A stretch of DNA of 63,520 nucleotides, the filler included, from Octopus bimaculoides (taxonomy: Eukaryota), in assembly GCF_001194135.2 (NCBI RefSeq). It is 3 parts of 3 records of this genome, joined end to end, with 100 filler letters (N's around TTAATTAATTAA, not from the genome) between each part and the next. Parts side by side here need not be neighbours in the genome. Positions count along the whole stretch, not along the records: positions 36,548 to 63,520 come from NC_068981.1; 2 more parts are not named here. One strand, given 5' to 3'. The translations under genes and the position numbers were made by a program. Under the pieces are notes generated by a model that saw only the letters and a program-made list of their open reading frames with translations, ran no database searches and was not told the origin of the DNA. This document shows positions 36,606-49,954 of the stretch, in pieces (positions within the stretch are counted from its first letter, which is position 1; each line of letters opens with the position of its first letter).

Positions 36606-36712
36606 AGAGCGTAGGCTCGAAACATTAGACACTTTTTCAATTCCCAAGTGTTATACTAATACATCTATTTGTTTTCTATACCACCTCTCTTCGTCTGTTG
36701 TTTTTGTGAATT
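36606..36712 (+). mobile_element. Penelope-like terminal fragment, second copy (hammerhead truncated)
   Basis: GAGCGTAGGCTCGAAAC...TATACTAATAC...ACCACCT..CTTCGTCTGTTG aligns with the 26-218 copy. Confidence 0.65.
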
Positions 36713-36732
36713 CTCTCTCTCTACACAAACAC

Positions 36733-36779
<47 letters not shown>

Positions 36780-37451
36780 TGTGGGGTGTGTGTGTGCGTG
36801 TTTGAAGATGTATGTATATGTATATATATTTATGTGTGTGTGTGTGTGTTTTTGTCGGTATGCCTACCTATCTACGTTTGTGTGGTTAGGCGCATATATT
36901 TATGTACATAATGCGTGTGTGTGAGTATGAACAAGGAGTTCAATATGGCGAAAATTCACATTTCATTTACATCTAGGACTTATTCTATGGTATGATAAAA
37001 TAGGTGATGAAGAAATTTGTATATGGGTCACAACACACCAATTCCGCATACCTGTGCTGTTCATGTATGTAATGACCTCAACAACATATACGTATCGAAA
37101 GCAACGGAATATATTCATTTAAATACGAAAGCAAAGAAATATAATAAGAGTAAACACTTAGAGTGGAATCGGGGAGTATTAAAAAAATTCTCATCAAAAT
37201 TGATGCATAATTATGTTCAGCATGGACAAATTAGGGAAATATTGTAGTCTACATCGTATTCTACTGACTGAATATCGGTACGTCTGCCGAAAAAAAATCT
37301 ACGAAGTCATGATAACAATAGACTTAGATGATTAGATAATAAACTCTTCCTTTTAAAAGCTTTTGATTCGTATATCAAAGATCTTGATTAGAGAGGTTGA
37401 GGGCAAGCATCTATCATATATATATATACATACATAAATACATACATACAT

Positions 37452-37515
<64 letters not shown>

Positions 37516-37894
37516 GCATATATATGTATATACTTGTGTTTGTGTATCTCTGTGTGGCTGTACTTACATATATATACAAATATGTATATATATGTATATA
37601 TATTACTGACTTATAAATATATATATACATANNNNNNNNNNNNNNNNNNNNNNNNNNNNNNNNNNNNNNNNNNNNNNNNNNNNNNNNNNNNNNNNNNNNN
37701 NNNNNNNNNNNNNNNNNNNNNNNNNNNNNNNNNNNNNNNNNNNNNNNNNNNNNNNNNNNNNNNNNNNNNNNNNNNNNNNNNNNNNNNNNNNNNNNNNNNN
37801 NNNNNNNNNNNNNNNNNNNNNNNNNNNNNNNNNNNNNNNNNNNNNNNNNNNNNNNNNNNNNNNNNNNNNNNATATATATATATATACACACACA

Positions 37895-39141
37895 AACTGA
37901 ATAGCCCGTCGTTGCCGGGCAGGTTTTAAAATAGTATGTCTTATATAAATAGTATCCAATAAATACATTTTGTTGATTCTTATATACATTTCTGTTAATT
38001 CACTCTCAGCCCATGCCTTTCCCGACTTATCGTCTTCTTTATCACGACTGATGTATGTAATTTTTCGCAGGAAATCTCCGTTGAGGATTTGTTTTCTTTT
38101 TAAATTATTTACATGTCATTTCGACCGTTTCAAATGTCTTTATTCATTAAAACTTATTAGAACTTCAGAAGTTCCTACAATTTTGGTCGTCGTATTGCTG
38201 TGAAAGTAATTCCTCCGCCTAATGATTTCGCTCTTATTTCTTCCTAGACAGCTATCATACAAAATATACTACCTTCCATATTGTATTTTCTGATAGGTCA
38301 AATTTATTAAAATATAGACCTCAGTAACATTTTCCTGCCATTGTTCTGGAGCAAGCAAATAACAAAATCGGATTTAAGGTGGAAAATGTATTTCAATATA
38401 CCAAATTCGAAAATTTTGACTATATTTTACAATCTAACGATATGTGACGGCAACAGGGAAGATCATACAAAAGTAGAGACATGAAGTTATAGGACGTCTC
38501 TCACGCACACGCGCGCGCACACACACACACTCACACACACACACTCTCTCACACACACACACACAAACAAACACACAAACACACATTTACAAACATACAC
38601 ACAGGTAATGGTATATAGTAGACATATGTATGTATATATGCATGCATATAAATTTATTTAGGTGCGTTTGTCTGTCTGTGTGTAAGTGTTACTTTGCAAT
38701 GGACACCTGGTTCCTCTCTCCTTAAAGCTAGGTATTCCTATCACCCATCTTTATCTCTCTTCCTCGGCGCTGGATATTTCTCTCTATTTATGAAAGTATC
38801 TATGCTGTGTCCCGTGTACTTGACAGTTGTATTAATTTTAGTATTACATTGCCACTCCATATTTGTCGCTTACATAACGTTGTACTCTCCTTTTATAATA
38901 TCAAACACACTCACTTTTGCAACCGCATTACCTCAGACTAATACGTTTTGGACTCTTCACATTTTACCATACAATTCGCCCAACCCCACTAGGGGGCGCA
39001 TTATAGATTTTCATTGAATTCGAATTAACCTATTATTAAACTGGATGCCAGTTTAACATGTGCGCAAGCTTTCGTGAAGATTGGTTTATTTGTTTTGGTA
39101 GTAAGATGGTAACAGACAGAAATTGGCATTAATGTATAAGA
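37895..39141 (-). mobile_element. Helitron-like non-autonomous element
   Basis: On the minus strand the 5' end is A|TCTTATAC with CTGTCTG and CAATCTTCACGAAAGCTTG segments. The 3' end has a GC-rich hairpin GCCCG..CGGGC (37904-37920) about 10 nt before an eroded CTAG-like terminus. Confidence 0.5.
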
Positions 39142-40655
39142 TATATATATATATACATACATATATATATATNNNNNNNNNNNNNNNNNNNNNNNNNNNN
39201 NNNNNNNNNNNNNNNNNNNNNNNNNNNNNNNNNNNNNNNNNNNNNNNNNNNNNNNNNNNNNNNNNNNNNNNNNNNNNNNNNNNNNNNNNNNNNNNNNNNN
39301 NNNNNNNNNNNNNNNNNNNNNNNNNNNNNNNNNNNNNNNNNNNNNNNNNNNNNNNNNNNNNNNNNNNNNNNNNNNNNNNNNNNNNNNNNNNNNNNNNNNN
39401 NNNNNNNNNNNNNNNNNNNNNNNNNNNNNNNNNNNNNNNNNNNNNNNNNNNNNNNNNNNNNNNNNNNNNNNNNNNNNNNNNNNNNNNNNNNNNNNNNNNN
39501 NNNNNNNNNNNNNNNNNNNNNNNNNNNNNNNNNNNNNNNNNNNNNNNNNNNNNNNNNNNNNNNNNNNNNNNNNNNNNNNNNNNNNNNNNNNNNNNNNNNN
39601 NNNNNNNNNNNNNNNNNNNNNNNNNNNNNNNNNNNNNNNNNNNNNNNNNNNNNNNNNNNNNNNNNNNNNNNNNNNNNNNNNNNNNNNNNNNNNNNNNNNN
39701 NNNNNNNNNNNNNNNNNNNNNNNNNNNNNNNNNNNNNNNNNNNNNNNNNNNNNNNNNNNNNNNNNNNNNNNNNNNNNNNNNNNNNNNNNNNNNNNNNNNN
39801 NNNNNNNNNNNNNNNNNNNNNNNNNNNNNNNNNNNNNNNNNNNNNNNNNNNNNNNNNNNNNNNNNNNNNNNNNNNNNNNNNNNNNNNNNNNNNNNNNNNN
39901 NNNNNNNNNNNNNNNNNNNNNNNNNNNNNNNNNNNNNNNNNNNNNNNNNNNNNNNNNNNNNNNNNNNNNNNNNNNNNNNNNNNNNNNNNNNNNNNNNNNN
40001 NNNNNNNNNNNNNNNNNNNNNNNNNNNNNNNNNNNNNNNNNNNNNNNNNNNNNNNNNNNNNNNNNNNNNNNNNNNNNNNNNNNNNNNNNNNNNNNNNNNN
40101 NNNNNNNNNNNNNNNNNNNNNNNNNNNNNNNATATTTATATATATATATATATATATAAAGTGAGAGAAATTTAGAGAGAGTGAGAGATTAATTGCTGAA
40201 TCAATGAACCCAATATTCCCCGTCACCCACTGATCGATAAAATTCGACCACATTAAAATATCTTGACTTTGATCTCTAGCATTGAAGCGAAGCAAATTTT
40301 TTAATCCAGATAGCTGATATTTTGGGAAGGTAGAAATTGCTATGGAGATTGGTACATGGCACATATGTAATTAGAGAAGAAAAATCACATGGAAAGAAAA
40401 TTCGAATATTTTGGAGAAACAAGAGTGGAGCAAATTTCTTTGAATTGTTTAACAAGAATATTTTGCTTAGCAGAATGCTAGAAAACATAACACATTTAAT
40501 GCTGAACTGGAAAGAAATCCAAACACAAATCAGAGACTTAAATGCATAGTTTGTTTATATGTGTAACATGCCCATGCATTAAAATAGATGCAGGCTTGAT
40601 ACTGTGTTAAGAAATTTACGTCACTCACCTCAAAATTTCGCATTTAGACCCATTG

Positions 40656-41303
40656 TTTTCATTTGTTGAGTGGAGTAAAACGTTTCATCGTAGCTTACAT
40701 GTTTTCACCCATTGCAATATGCACTACCCTTCTCTCGATCGTTTTTTGCTCCTTCTTCTTTCCCTCTCTATCACAGTCCTAACGTTCTATCTTCCCTTCC
40801 CTCTCTCTTTTCTCTCGTCTGCTTTCATTTTATGCCCTGATTTTCCGCTGATTCCTACCACACATTTCCGTTCACGTTTCTCTCTTGAGATTAGCACACG
40901 CTTAGTATGTTCCATATTTCTCTGTTTAGATGCATTTTCCGTTTACGTTAGAATGTCTCTGTATTGCTTCTGTCTTAGATCGGAAGATATCTTTGTTCAT
41001 ATTATAGAGCTGCAAGTTTTCATTATCCTGCAATACTTTTATAATAGTTTTCTTTAATGTTAGTCGTGTGAAGATTATGAATGTCCTCGTGAGTTCAGTA
41101 GTATAAGCTTTCGAATACAGAGCTAGAGCGTGACAACGAACCAGCCCACGGTAATATTCTAATTCTCAGGTAGCTCTAAGTGGAACCAAAGGAACAAAAA
41201 TATGAGATGTATGTGGCATTTATGTACTTTCAAAAAGCGTTTCAATGTGGAGAAGAACGGCTTTTCGTTGGTGGTGGTGCGAAGTGTAATGAACCGCCAC
41301 ACT
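40656..41303 (+). repeat. 648-bp direct duplication, copy 1 (composite of old R4-like and RTE-like debris)
   Basis: Collinear with 43191-43838, roughly 90% identical by eye. Minus strand NLKRET..MCGRNQRKIR..RVVHI resembles the R4 C-terminal domain. Plus strand YVAFMYFQKAF resembles RT motif YVAF(M/V)DxxKAF. Confidence 0.9.
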
Positions 41304-41560
41304 GGGTAAGCGTATTCTACTATATCGCCAGGCCGAATAAAGTTATGTTTTTGTATTTAGTAGAAGGAAACTGAAGAAGCTCATCGTATCTATATATGTG
41401 TGCCTGTGTTCGAAAAGCAGTGTTAGATTGCTTACATCCCTCTAACTTAGTGATCTCCCTTTAATAACATAAACTGGGTTCATTTAGTTCAACTCGATAC
41501 CTCGAAGTGGGTATCACAGCAAAGCTGCAGTTCAGTTGCTGAAGTAAAAGACGATAAATG
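41303..41560 (+). mobile_element. Old SINE family A remnant
   Basis: TTCTACTATA..CCAGGCCGA..AAAG, GTAGAAGGAAACTGAAGAAGC, TTACATCCCTCTAACTTAG. Confidence 0.5.
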
Positions 41561-43190
41561 AAAATAATGTATGAAAGTTCACCCATTGATATCTCTCTCC
41601 TTCTCGCTTTCTTCCTTCTCTCTCTCGGTATCTCCTACTCTTCCCCCCCTCTCTCTCTCTCTNNNNNNNNNNCTCTCTCGGTATCTCCTACTCTTCCCCC
41701 CCTCTCTCTCTCTCTCTCTCTCGCACACAGAAACACACGTAGTGTCCCTTCCTTTCTTAATTGAGAAACAGTGATTTAAAAATCCTGATTTGAAACATTC
41801 TTCAAAATATTTGGCCTATCTAATCTAACCCAACAAACAGTACACCGATGAGACCAATAATGATCAAAATAAATTATATATTGGATTTTATTTTCATTAT
41901 CACATCGATATAAATACAAATTGCTTAAACTAAATTCTGCGAAAAGCGTTAACAATTCTAGTATTCAAGTACGATGTAAGTCTACCCTTCCAAAAGAAAC
42001 TGGTGCTTGGGCAATCACTGTAATGTAGTTGGATATCTTATTTATAAAACAACAGTATAAATGATTTTACTAGTTACTAATACTCGGAAATTTTATTAAT
42101 TTGGTCTCCAAGTTTACGAATGGATGCACAACGTTTGTGTTTGTGGTGAATATGTATAATAAACATGTCAAGAAGCATACATAGAAGTCTCTCCAGAAGT
42201 TATTTATATGCTCTCGAGAATTTGTTGTGTGTACTAACTGATCCATTTACAGACGTACAGACATGCTTCAGCTGCTAGATGTGTAGAAGAATACGGTTGC
42301 TGTGTGCAATTTCATGTGAGAAAGAATGAGAATCACTTCATATTTCTTTATAAGGATGAACTTTGCGTACCATGGTCCGTACTTTTGTGGACTATTTACC
42401 TAGTCATTCTATCTTTATAGTATGAACGCTATTGCTATTAGAAAATTAATATAACCATACATTTATTTCGTATATAAATGTACTTAAGAGATTGAATAGT
42501 AATAGTCTGCAAAGTTTGTGATAGCGTTAAATTAAACGTATTGGGTTGAGTGTTTTGAATGTTAATAATCCCTAGATTGTATGGAAGAGCATTGGAATAA
42601 TAACAGAAGATAAGGAAGCACAAGAAATATGAAAAATAGAACAATATTGAAGAAATATAAATAGGAATTAATAATTAAAGAAGAAAAACGAAAATGGAAC
42701 ATTGGCATATAAAGTGGTTTGAAATGAGTTGTTTACAGTCTGGAGGTTGTGCTTCGTACATAGTTGAAATCTAGCTGGCTATCGGAGCACGTCTTATAAA
42801 GGAAACTCATTTTTCCAGGTGAGACAAGCAGTAGTATACTTAATAATTTATACATCTGTGTATAATTACACACGTCATTGCATGCCATCCAGAGTACATC
42901 ATGGTAGACATTGTGTAGTATCGCTTAGTAGAGGACTTCTAGAACTGTTTTTTAATGAAATTATCTGCATAAATATTCTGAACTATTACAGACATTTCTG
43001 AATACACACTATATGTCTATTTACAATACCAGATCAAACAAGATTTATAATGAATAATAAATATCGAGCAAAGAAATGCCGAAACCATAATAACTCAGGA
43101 TAAAATGCTGGTTGATGAGATGTTCTTATCCATGTCTGTTTCCTTTTCCTTTTTGTAAATTGTCGTACGCATTCTTCACTTTTATTGTGA

Positions 43191-43838
43191 TTTTCATTTG
43201 TTGAGCGGAGTAAAACTTTTCATTGTAGCTTACATGTTTTCACCCATTGCAATATGCACTACCCTTCTCTCGATCGTTTTTTGCTCCTCCTTCTTTCCCT
43301 CTCTATCAAAGTCATTGCATTCTATCTTCCCTTCCCTCTCTTTTTTGTCTCATTTGCTTTCATTTTATGCCCTCTTTTTCTGCTGATTCCTACCACACAT
43401 TTCTGTTCACGTTTCTCTCTTGAGATTAGCACTCAACTCGAATGTTCCATATTTCTTTGTTTAGATGCAATTTTCGTTTACGTTAGAATGTCTCTGTATT
43501 GCTTCTGTCGTAGATCGGAATATATCTTTGTTCACATTATAGAGCTGAATGTTTTCATTATCCTGCTAGACTGTTATAATAGTTTTCTTTAATGCTAGTC
43601 GTGTAAAGATTATGAATGTCCTGGTGGGTTCAGTAGTATAAGCTTTCAAATACAGAGCTAGACCTTGACAGCGAACCAACCCACGGTAATATTCTAATTC
43701 TCAGGTAGCTTCAAGTGGAACCAAAGAAATAAAAGTATGAGCTGTACGTGGCATTTATATACTTTCAAAAAGCGTTCCACTGTGAACAGGAACGGCTTTT
43801 CGCCAGTGGTGGTGCGAAGTGTAATGAACCGCCATACT
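43191..43838 (+). repeat. 648-bp direct duplication, copy 2
   Basis: See copy 1. Confidence 0.9.
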
Positions 43839-46129
43839 TTAGGGGAATAACCTGAATTACATGGAAATTTCAGTAACACATTTGTCTTAAAATAATATCA
43901 TTTTATGCCCTTCACTGCAGTTTCATATCTTCATGTAGAAGCTGTTTCGTTTGTCCTTATTTCTGTGCTTGCGAAACAATTAAATCTATATGTTTGTCTA
44001 GTTATCATGCCAAATATTCATTACTTTCATATTCTATTGGTACACAAAAAACAGCCTTCTTATTAAATGCATTAAGTTTATGCATACACTCATATGTAAT
44101 TTTCGGGGAAAATCCTCAAGACAATGTATGATATATATATAATAATTTGAACTACATGTTGAGACATCCTAGAGTCTTCCAAGCAACTGTCGTCAACACA
44201 TATATAGCACACACGTTGTTAAACACTAAGAACTACCTCAAAAGTCACGTATTCAAGACGCTATGCGATCTAACCCGAAATAAATACTCGTAATAGCGAA
44301 GCAAAATTTTTCACTATTCAGTCAATCTTATATCCAGTGAATGCTGATATCCGAAATAGAAATTCTATATGTTTTAGTCGATTGATTATATTCGGAGGAA
44401 GATATTGAAAAGTAATTTGGTCACATATTGGCACAGTAATTATAGTTCTATAACCGATACACCGAAAACATTATTGTTTCTTAAATGTTTGTTTGCATTA
44501 TTACAATAATAGTGTAATAAAATAAGAAGTAGCAATAATATGAAACAATATTAAACACAACAACTAAACATTATCAAGAAAACGTGAAAATAATTAGTTT
44601 TATAAATTAGATTACTTCATTTACTATTTAACCTTGCACTTTATTAGATTCACTAAGCGGTAATTAGCTTAAGTAATTATGCTCACTGAACCACACTTAC
44701 ATGTGACTGCTGAACTACTTTCAATTTGTGTTTCTAATGGAAATGTCAAATCTCCCACGACAAATATTCTATAGCATGCTAGATTTGCATCTTCTGAAAA
44801 CAAAAAGAAAACACACGTACAAAAAACCCTCACATTAAGCATAAAAATTCAAAACTGGATTGGAAATTGTCAACGAATATTTGAAGATTGGTAGATTTGG
44901 ATATAAGGTAAAAGAACAACAAAAATAACTGTGTAACGTGAATGAGAACAGTAGAAAATGCATGCATTATATAAGAATTATAGGAAATCTTGAAACAGAA
45001 AAACTGAAGTGAGTAGGAAAAGCACGTATAATGACTTCCGTGGTTTGTCTGAATCTACTATTACATAAAAAGAATGCGATTATGGCATTTAACAATATCA
45101 CTCACAGGGTTTTACTTTCCATTTGGACTGTTATCCCTTCTTGAGCTTCCATCAATTCAAAATACCATATTATACTCTCACATTTACCAATATATATAGA
45201 ACTATATTTATATATGTTGTCTTTGAAATGATAGTAATCTGCACTTTTTGTAATACCGTTCGTAACTGTTGCACTACATCTTAATCCCATTCTGTATTGT
45301 ATAATAAAAATATGAAATGCGATGGTAAAATGTAGATAGTATAGATAAACTTATCAAACAAGTTTTAGTTATTCGTTAATTTACTCATTTCTCATGTGCC
45401 ATATACAAACATGTTACCAATTATGTTTAGCTGAAAAGCGTATCGAATATTTCATTAATATATGAAAATTAGAATCTCGAAAAGGCGATTTACAGCTAAT
45501 AATGTCGCTTAAATTGCTTTTGGCATACATTCGCTTAAACCAACAGATATTTACATTAACACTTAGCGCCAAGTGCCAACATAATCACGGTTGACTTCAT
45601 TGAAAACTGTGACAATAACAGCTTAATGACTGAAAGAACGATATGTCAAGCAATGTAAGATCATTCTTCCCTTCTCAATGGCGTATGCGTTGCACACTGA
45701 TAATAAAGACATTTCAAAATAGAGGATATAAATGCATCCGAACAAAGCAAATATGACTTGACATGAGACTTGAATTTTAACCAAACGAAACTCATTTATT
45801 TACAACTCACCGGAATGACAGCTGTAAGCAAATATTCAAGTATGATCACAAATGGGAAACAAATTAGTTAAACAAGCGTAAAAAGAAGAAAAAAAACAAG
45901 CTGGTTCTCGTTGACACAGACTTAGAGAAATGGATTAATATCTATATACATGCGTATATATGTTGCTGTCTCTTTCTTGCAGTTTACGAAGACTGGTAGT
46001 TGGGCAAATAGGCAACCCTCAACCAGTGATATTAGAGCTGATTTAGCTTGGAATCAGTGTCAACGTCAGTATTGCTAATAGACCGCAATGGACGGACACA
46101 AATCCCACAAAGTCCTGTGCCTGATCTTT

Positions 46130-46250
46130 TAACAGATATACCAATCCACTACACTTGTTTGATACTTTATTTTCGATCCTAAAATGATAAAATGTAAGCT
46201 AACCTCCTGCGTGATTTGACATCAGCGCGCAGAGACGGGACACAAGTAGC
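46130..46250 (-). mobile_element. Old SINE family B remnant
   Basis: GATACTTTATTTTCGATCC.AAAATGATAAAATG.AAG..AACCTC..CG.GATTTGA..TCAG aligns with the family B body. Confidence 0.45.
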
Positions 46251-47009
46251 AAGGCTTTTCTCTGTCAAGTTGTCGTCTCTAAAACTTAATAGAGCTACAA
46301 ATATGTGTGATCAGTGCTCTTGTTTGCTGTCAATATTCCTTATAGAAATGGAATGAGTGAATTCACATTAAAAACCTTTTTAAGAGGAATTGGTGGTATA
46401 TTTACATTTGCTTTTTTTTTATTATGGCCTCGGTAAGATTGATACTATCATTGTTCCACTTGAGCCTTTGTGAATCGACGTCAAGCAGACAAGTCAAGAA
46501 AATTTACGAGCTGTCAAAGGCGGATGGATGCAATTTTAAATGTAAGACATTTGGGTATTGAACACAAAACTGGTGTTGGAAAGGAGATAGTTACGTGACA
46601 TGTGAATGCCTGAATTACAAGTTATATAAACAATGTGCTATCGAAAGGTGAGGCTGTGAAAGATAATGAGGGCCAACATTTATAGAAAGTGTAAGAATTC
46701 CTCCCTTCTATTCCTTTTATGAGTGAGTGTTTCTTTGAAATATAAATATTCGTGTTTTGGCAGTTAAAAAAGCAATCTGGCAATTTTCCGTCGTGGAACG
46801 CTAACAGGGTCACTGTCCATCGAATCAGTATGTGTTAGCCGTGTAGCGTCTAGGTTATATGTAGAGGAACTATGCTTCAAGATGTTACAGGAGCAATAAA
46901 CAAGAAGGTCAAATGCTTAAAACGTGTTGTCTTACAAGGCAACAAGTAATTCATTGATACTCGCTAGCTTGCTCACTTGCTTCCTGCTTTTGCTTGATGG
47001 GATTTTGGT

Positions 47010-47725
47010 CATACTAAACTAGTGGCCTCAGAGACGTAATTGTGCGTAGAGCCTACCAGGCTCTACAGTACTCTCCATCACTAGCAGTCTTGTGCTATGC
47101 CCTATGCAATCTCGAAGCTTACGTTAGGCTTCTGTATATCTTCTCCAATGACGTCCAGCAATCTGGTGCGGAGTTTTCCACGAGGCCATTACAGAATGCA
47201 GCTACTAGTCGGATGATTGTAAAGCTCTGCTAAAATGATCTAATAGGAGACGGAAGAAATGTCTGTAGCAGCGCATGTGACGGATGGCTATGAGGTGGAA
47301 GGATGCGGGCTAATGTATACGTGCACGTAATTCATTATTGGAAACCATATCATGTTCTTGGTGGTTTCCAAGGCTCTGCTTTTAAAACCATCGATCCTCT
47401 TTGCCATTGTCTTTGAGAAGTGCCAGGTTTCTGTAACATAGAGGATAATAGTGAGGTCTGGTGCGTTGTGGATGCAGAGTTTTGTATTCTGCGACATAGA
47501 ACAATAGCATCAAAGGGGCTTCTATAGGGACTACAAGACACCCGTGGTCAGACCACATCTGTGGTTGATCTCCGAAGTTAGATCCCTATTGTTCGTTACT
47601 GTGGAGTTCAGGTGTATGAAAGTGCTGAGAAACCCCACGACAATGGAGCCAATATGGTGAGGGGGGGAGCTATTTCCAACGTACATCACATTCGTGGGTA
47701 CATCACATTCGTGGGTGCTAATCAA
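47010..47725 (-). mobile_element. RTE-type LINE 3' fragment
   Basis: TFIHLNSTVTNNRDLTSEINHR, TKLCIHNA..ILYVTETW, KRIDGFKSRAL and PRGKLRTRLLDVI..AQD..WR follow RTE C-terminal motif order. Confidence 0.85.
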
Positions 47726-48240
47726 CTTTTCAAGGGAGCAAATGATCAGCTGCCGTTTGAAAGGTGAACTACCTTAAATGTAATTCGGTGCACTACTGTA
47801 TTTCTCACAGTTCGGATATTAGCTGAAATTATATTGTTGAGAAAAACCTACCCGGTTTTGTAGAGAAATATCGCGTGGTATTAACTTTTGTCTGAACAGC
47901 TTTGACAACTTGAGGCTTTGATTCTTTGGTTAAATGTTGGATGTGATAGAACATGCCTAATGTCTCAAAGCTTAATTTAATTCACTCGCCTCACTCTCGC
48001 TAAAGGGTGATGATTGAAGTTTGTAGTTAGTATTAAGCCGGAGTTAGCATTATGCTGATTGTGATCCGATTGTTGAATGTCTTACAATAATACAATATGC
48101 CATGCATTTCAACAAAATATACCATGCATTGAGGGAGATTGGTGTATAGCGGTTAATATATATTTTATAGCAAATTACAGGTTAACAACTGCATATTTTA
48201 CAGAGTAGCACAATTCATGTTGTCGTCCTTCCAACATATA

Positions 48241-48427
48241 TGTTGTGTTAACGCCCCATGCGATAAGTAGGCTACTCCAATACGTATAAATAGCTAGACG
48301 AAGAGCACAAGAGCGCAAGAGCGAGAGAGCAAGACGGAGCCCTCGGTAGACTAGACGTCGAGTTCAATAGAGTCGAGTCTTCGGAAGTGAGAGTTGAGTA
48401 GAGGCCATCCGCACGTGCGATATAACA
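48241..48427 (+). mobile_element. Probable short solo LTR
   Basis: TGTTGTGT...ATATAACA termini, an internal TATAAATA and a GC/CpG-richer body. Flanks ATATA / ATATG match 4 of 5 bases. Confidence 0.4.
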
Positions 48428-49207
48428 ATATGCACGGAAAAGAGGGGAGGGAGAACATATCACTGTGAGAATGCACTATAGAAATCAACTTATAAGCAGT
48501 CCACTGATGTCCTAAAAATTTAACAGCCTGCTTTCGACGGAGAAAGAAGGACTTAAAACAGTTATAAAAATCATCCCTCTTAACTTATTGCAACAATCTT
48601 CGTTCCACATCATTTGTGTGGTACAACATTAAAGACGAGACAAAATCAGGATACACATATGTACAAGTGTCGCCAAGATTCGAGTTGTAATTTCAAGCAA
48701 GCTTGTGACTTGCCCATAGCAGCTGCAGTTAACGAAAAATCAGAATTGTGATGGCTAATTAAGGTTAAAAGTATTCCAGAAGTGACAGACTTTCCAGTGA
48801 GTATTTGAGACGTTCTAAATCTCTTTATTTGTTGATGCAGCTAGTAAGAGTAACTAGACAACTAGTGACGGGCGGTGTGAAGATGCCTTCATTTTTCAGA
48901 TGCAAAAGATGCAAATTTCAACTTTTCCTGCCTAACGTAGTCATTACAGCAGAATTGGGAAAGAGGCAAAAGCTGGTGCCGTAACAAGAGTACATGCGAT
49001 CGAGAAGCAGATAAGTTACACAAAGAAGACCAGAGCAATATACTTACGTATGCTCTTGACCTTACATCACATCATTACAAAGGTAAATTCACTATACGCT
49101 ATGGTTTATTTTTTTTATCAAGAGAGAGAAAATTGCTAGATTTAGATTTAGCACAGTTTGTCGATAAGCTCGGCGCACTCTTTAAAACCACCAGTAATGT
49201 GAACTGC

Positions 49208-49318
<111 letters not shown>

Positions 49319-49907
49319 TGTGTAGTTATAGATAATTTTATTGGATATATTATTTATCAATTTCATGCTATGCAGAAATCAAGCTCTACTTTTTATAATC
49401 ATTAAACATTCCTCCGAAATGTTGACTGCAACACACTTACTCGTTCAATACGATGATTTTCACATCAACGCTTAACATCAGGCGAATAGTTCTATCATAT
49501 TCATTTAAAATACGTTCACTAAGATTATAGATGTAAATGTTTATTTAGCAAAACTAACGAAGCTAAAAAATAGAGGAAAGATTTTATCGGTTCATATTTG
49601 AGATATTGTAACAGAAAATAATGCCAAAATGTTATGGAACACTACGTTATTCATTATGAAAAGATTGATAATCTTCTGTATGCATTTCACTCTACAATGT
49701 AAATTTGTTGTTGTATTGATATTCTTAAAACATTCTGTTTCAAATAAATAATTTTAATGCTATTTGTATAAAGTTTGCATAGCATATCTTCAACATACGC
49801 ATTGTATATACCTCTGCATATTCTTACGCAGTGCTTCAGTTCAGCTGTATATAGAAATATTATAACCTCCTATTTGTAAAACAACTAAAGAGCTATATTC
49901 AAATATG

Positions 49908-49954
<47 letters not shown>

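Noticed and set aside
40200-40550. Possible Penelope RT fragment (IAMEIG resembling TAMGT)
   Set aside because: A single weak motif that cannot be supported.
41621-41720. ~42-bp direct repeat either side of a 10-N gap
   Set aside because: Most likely unresolved contig overlap in a CT-rich tract.
40656-43838. Interpretation as an LTR retrotransposon with 648-bp LTRs
   Set aside because: No matching TSD, PBS or PPT, no gag/pol inside, and the repeat unit is LINE debris.
45968-46080. Strong splice acceptor (TCTCTTTCTTGCAG) suggesting an exon
   Set aside because: All three frames stop soon, there is no convincing donor, and the peptide is unrecognisable.
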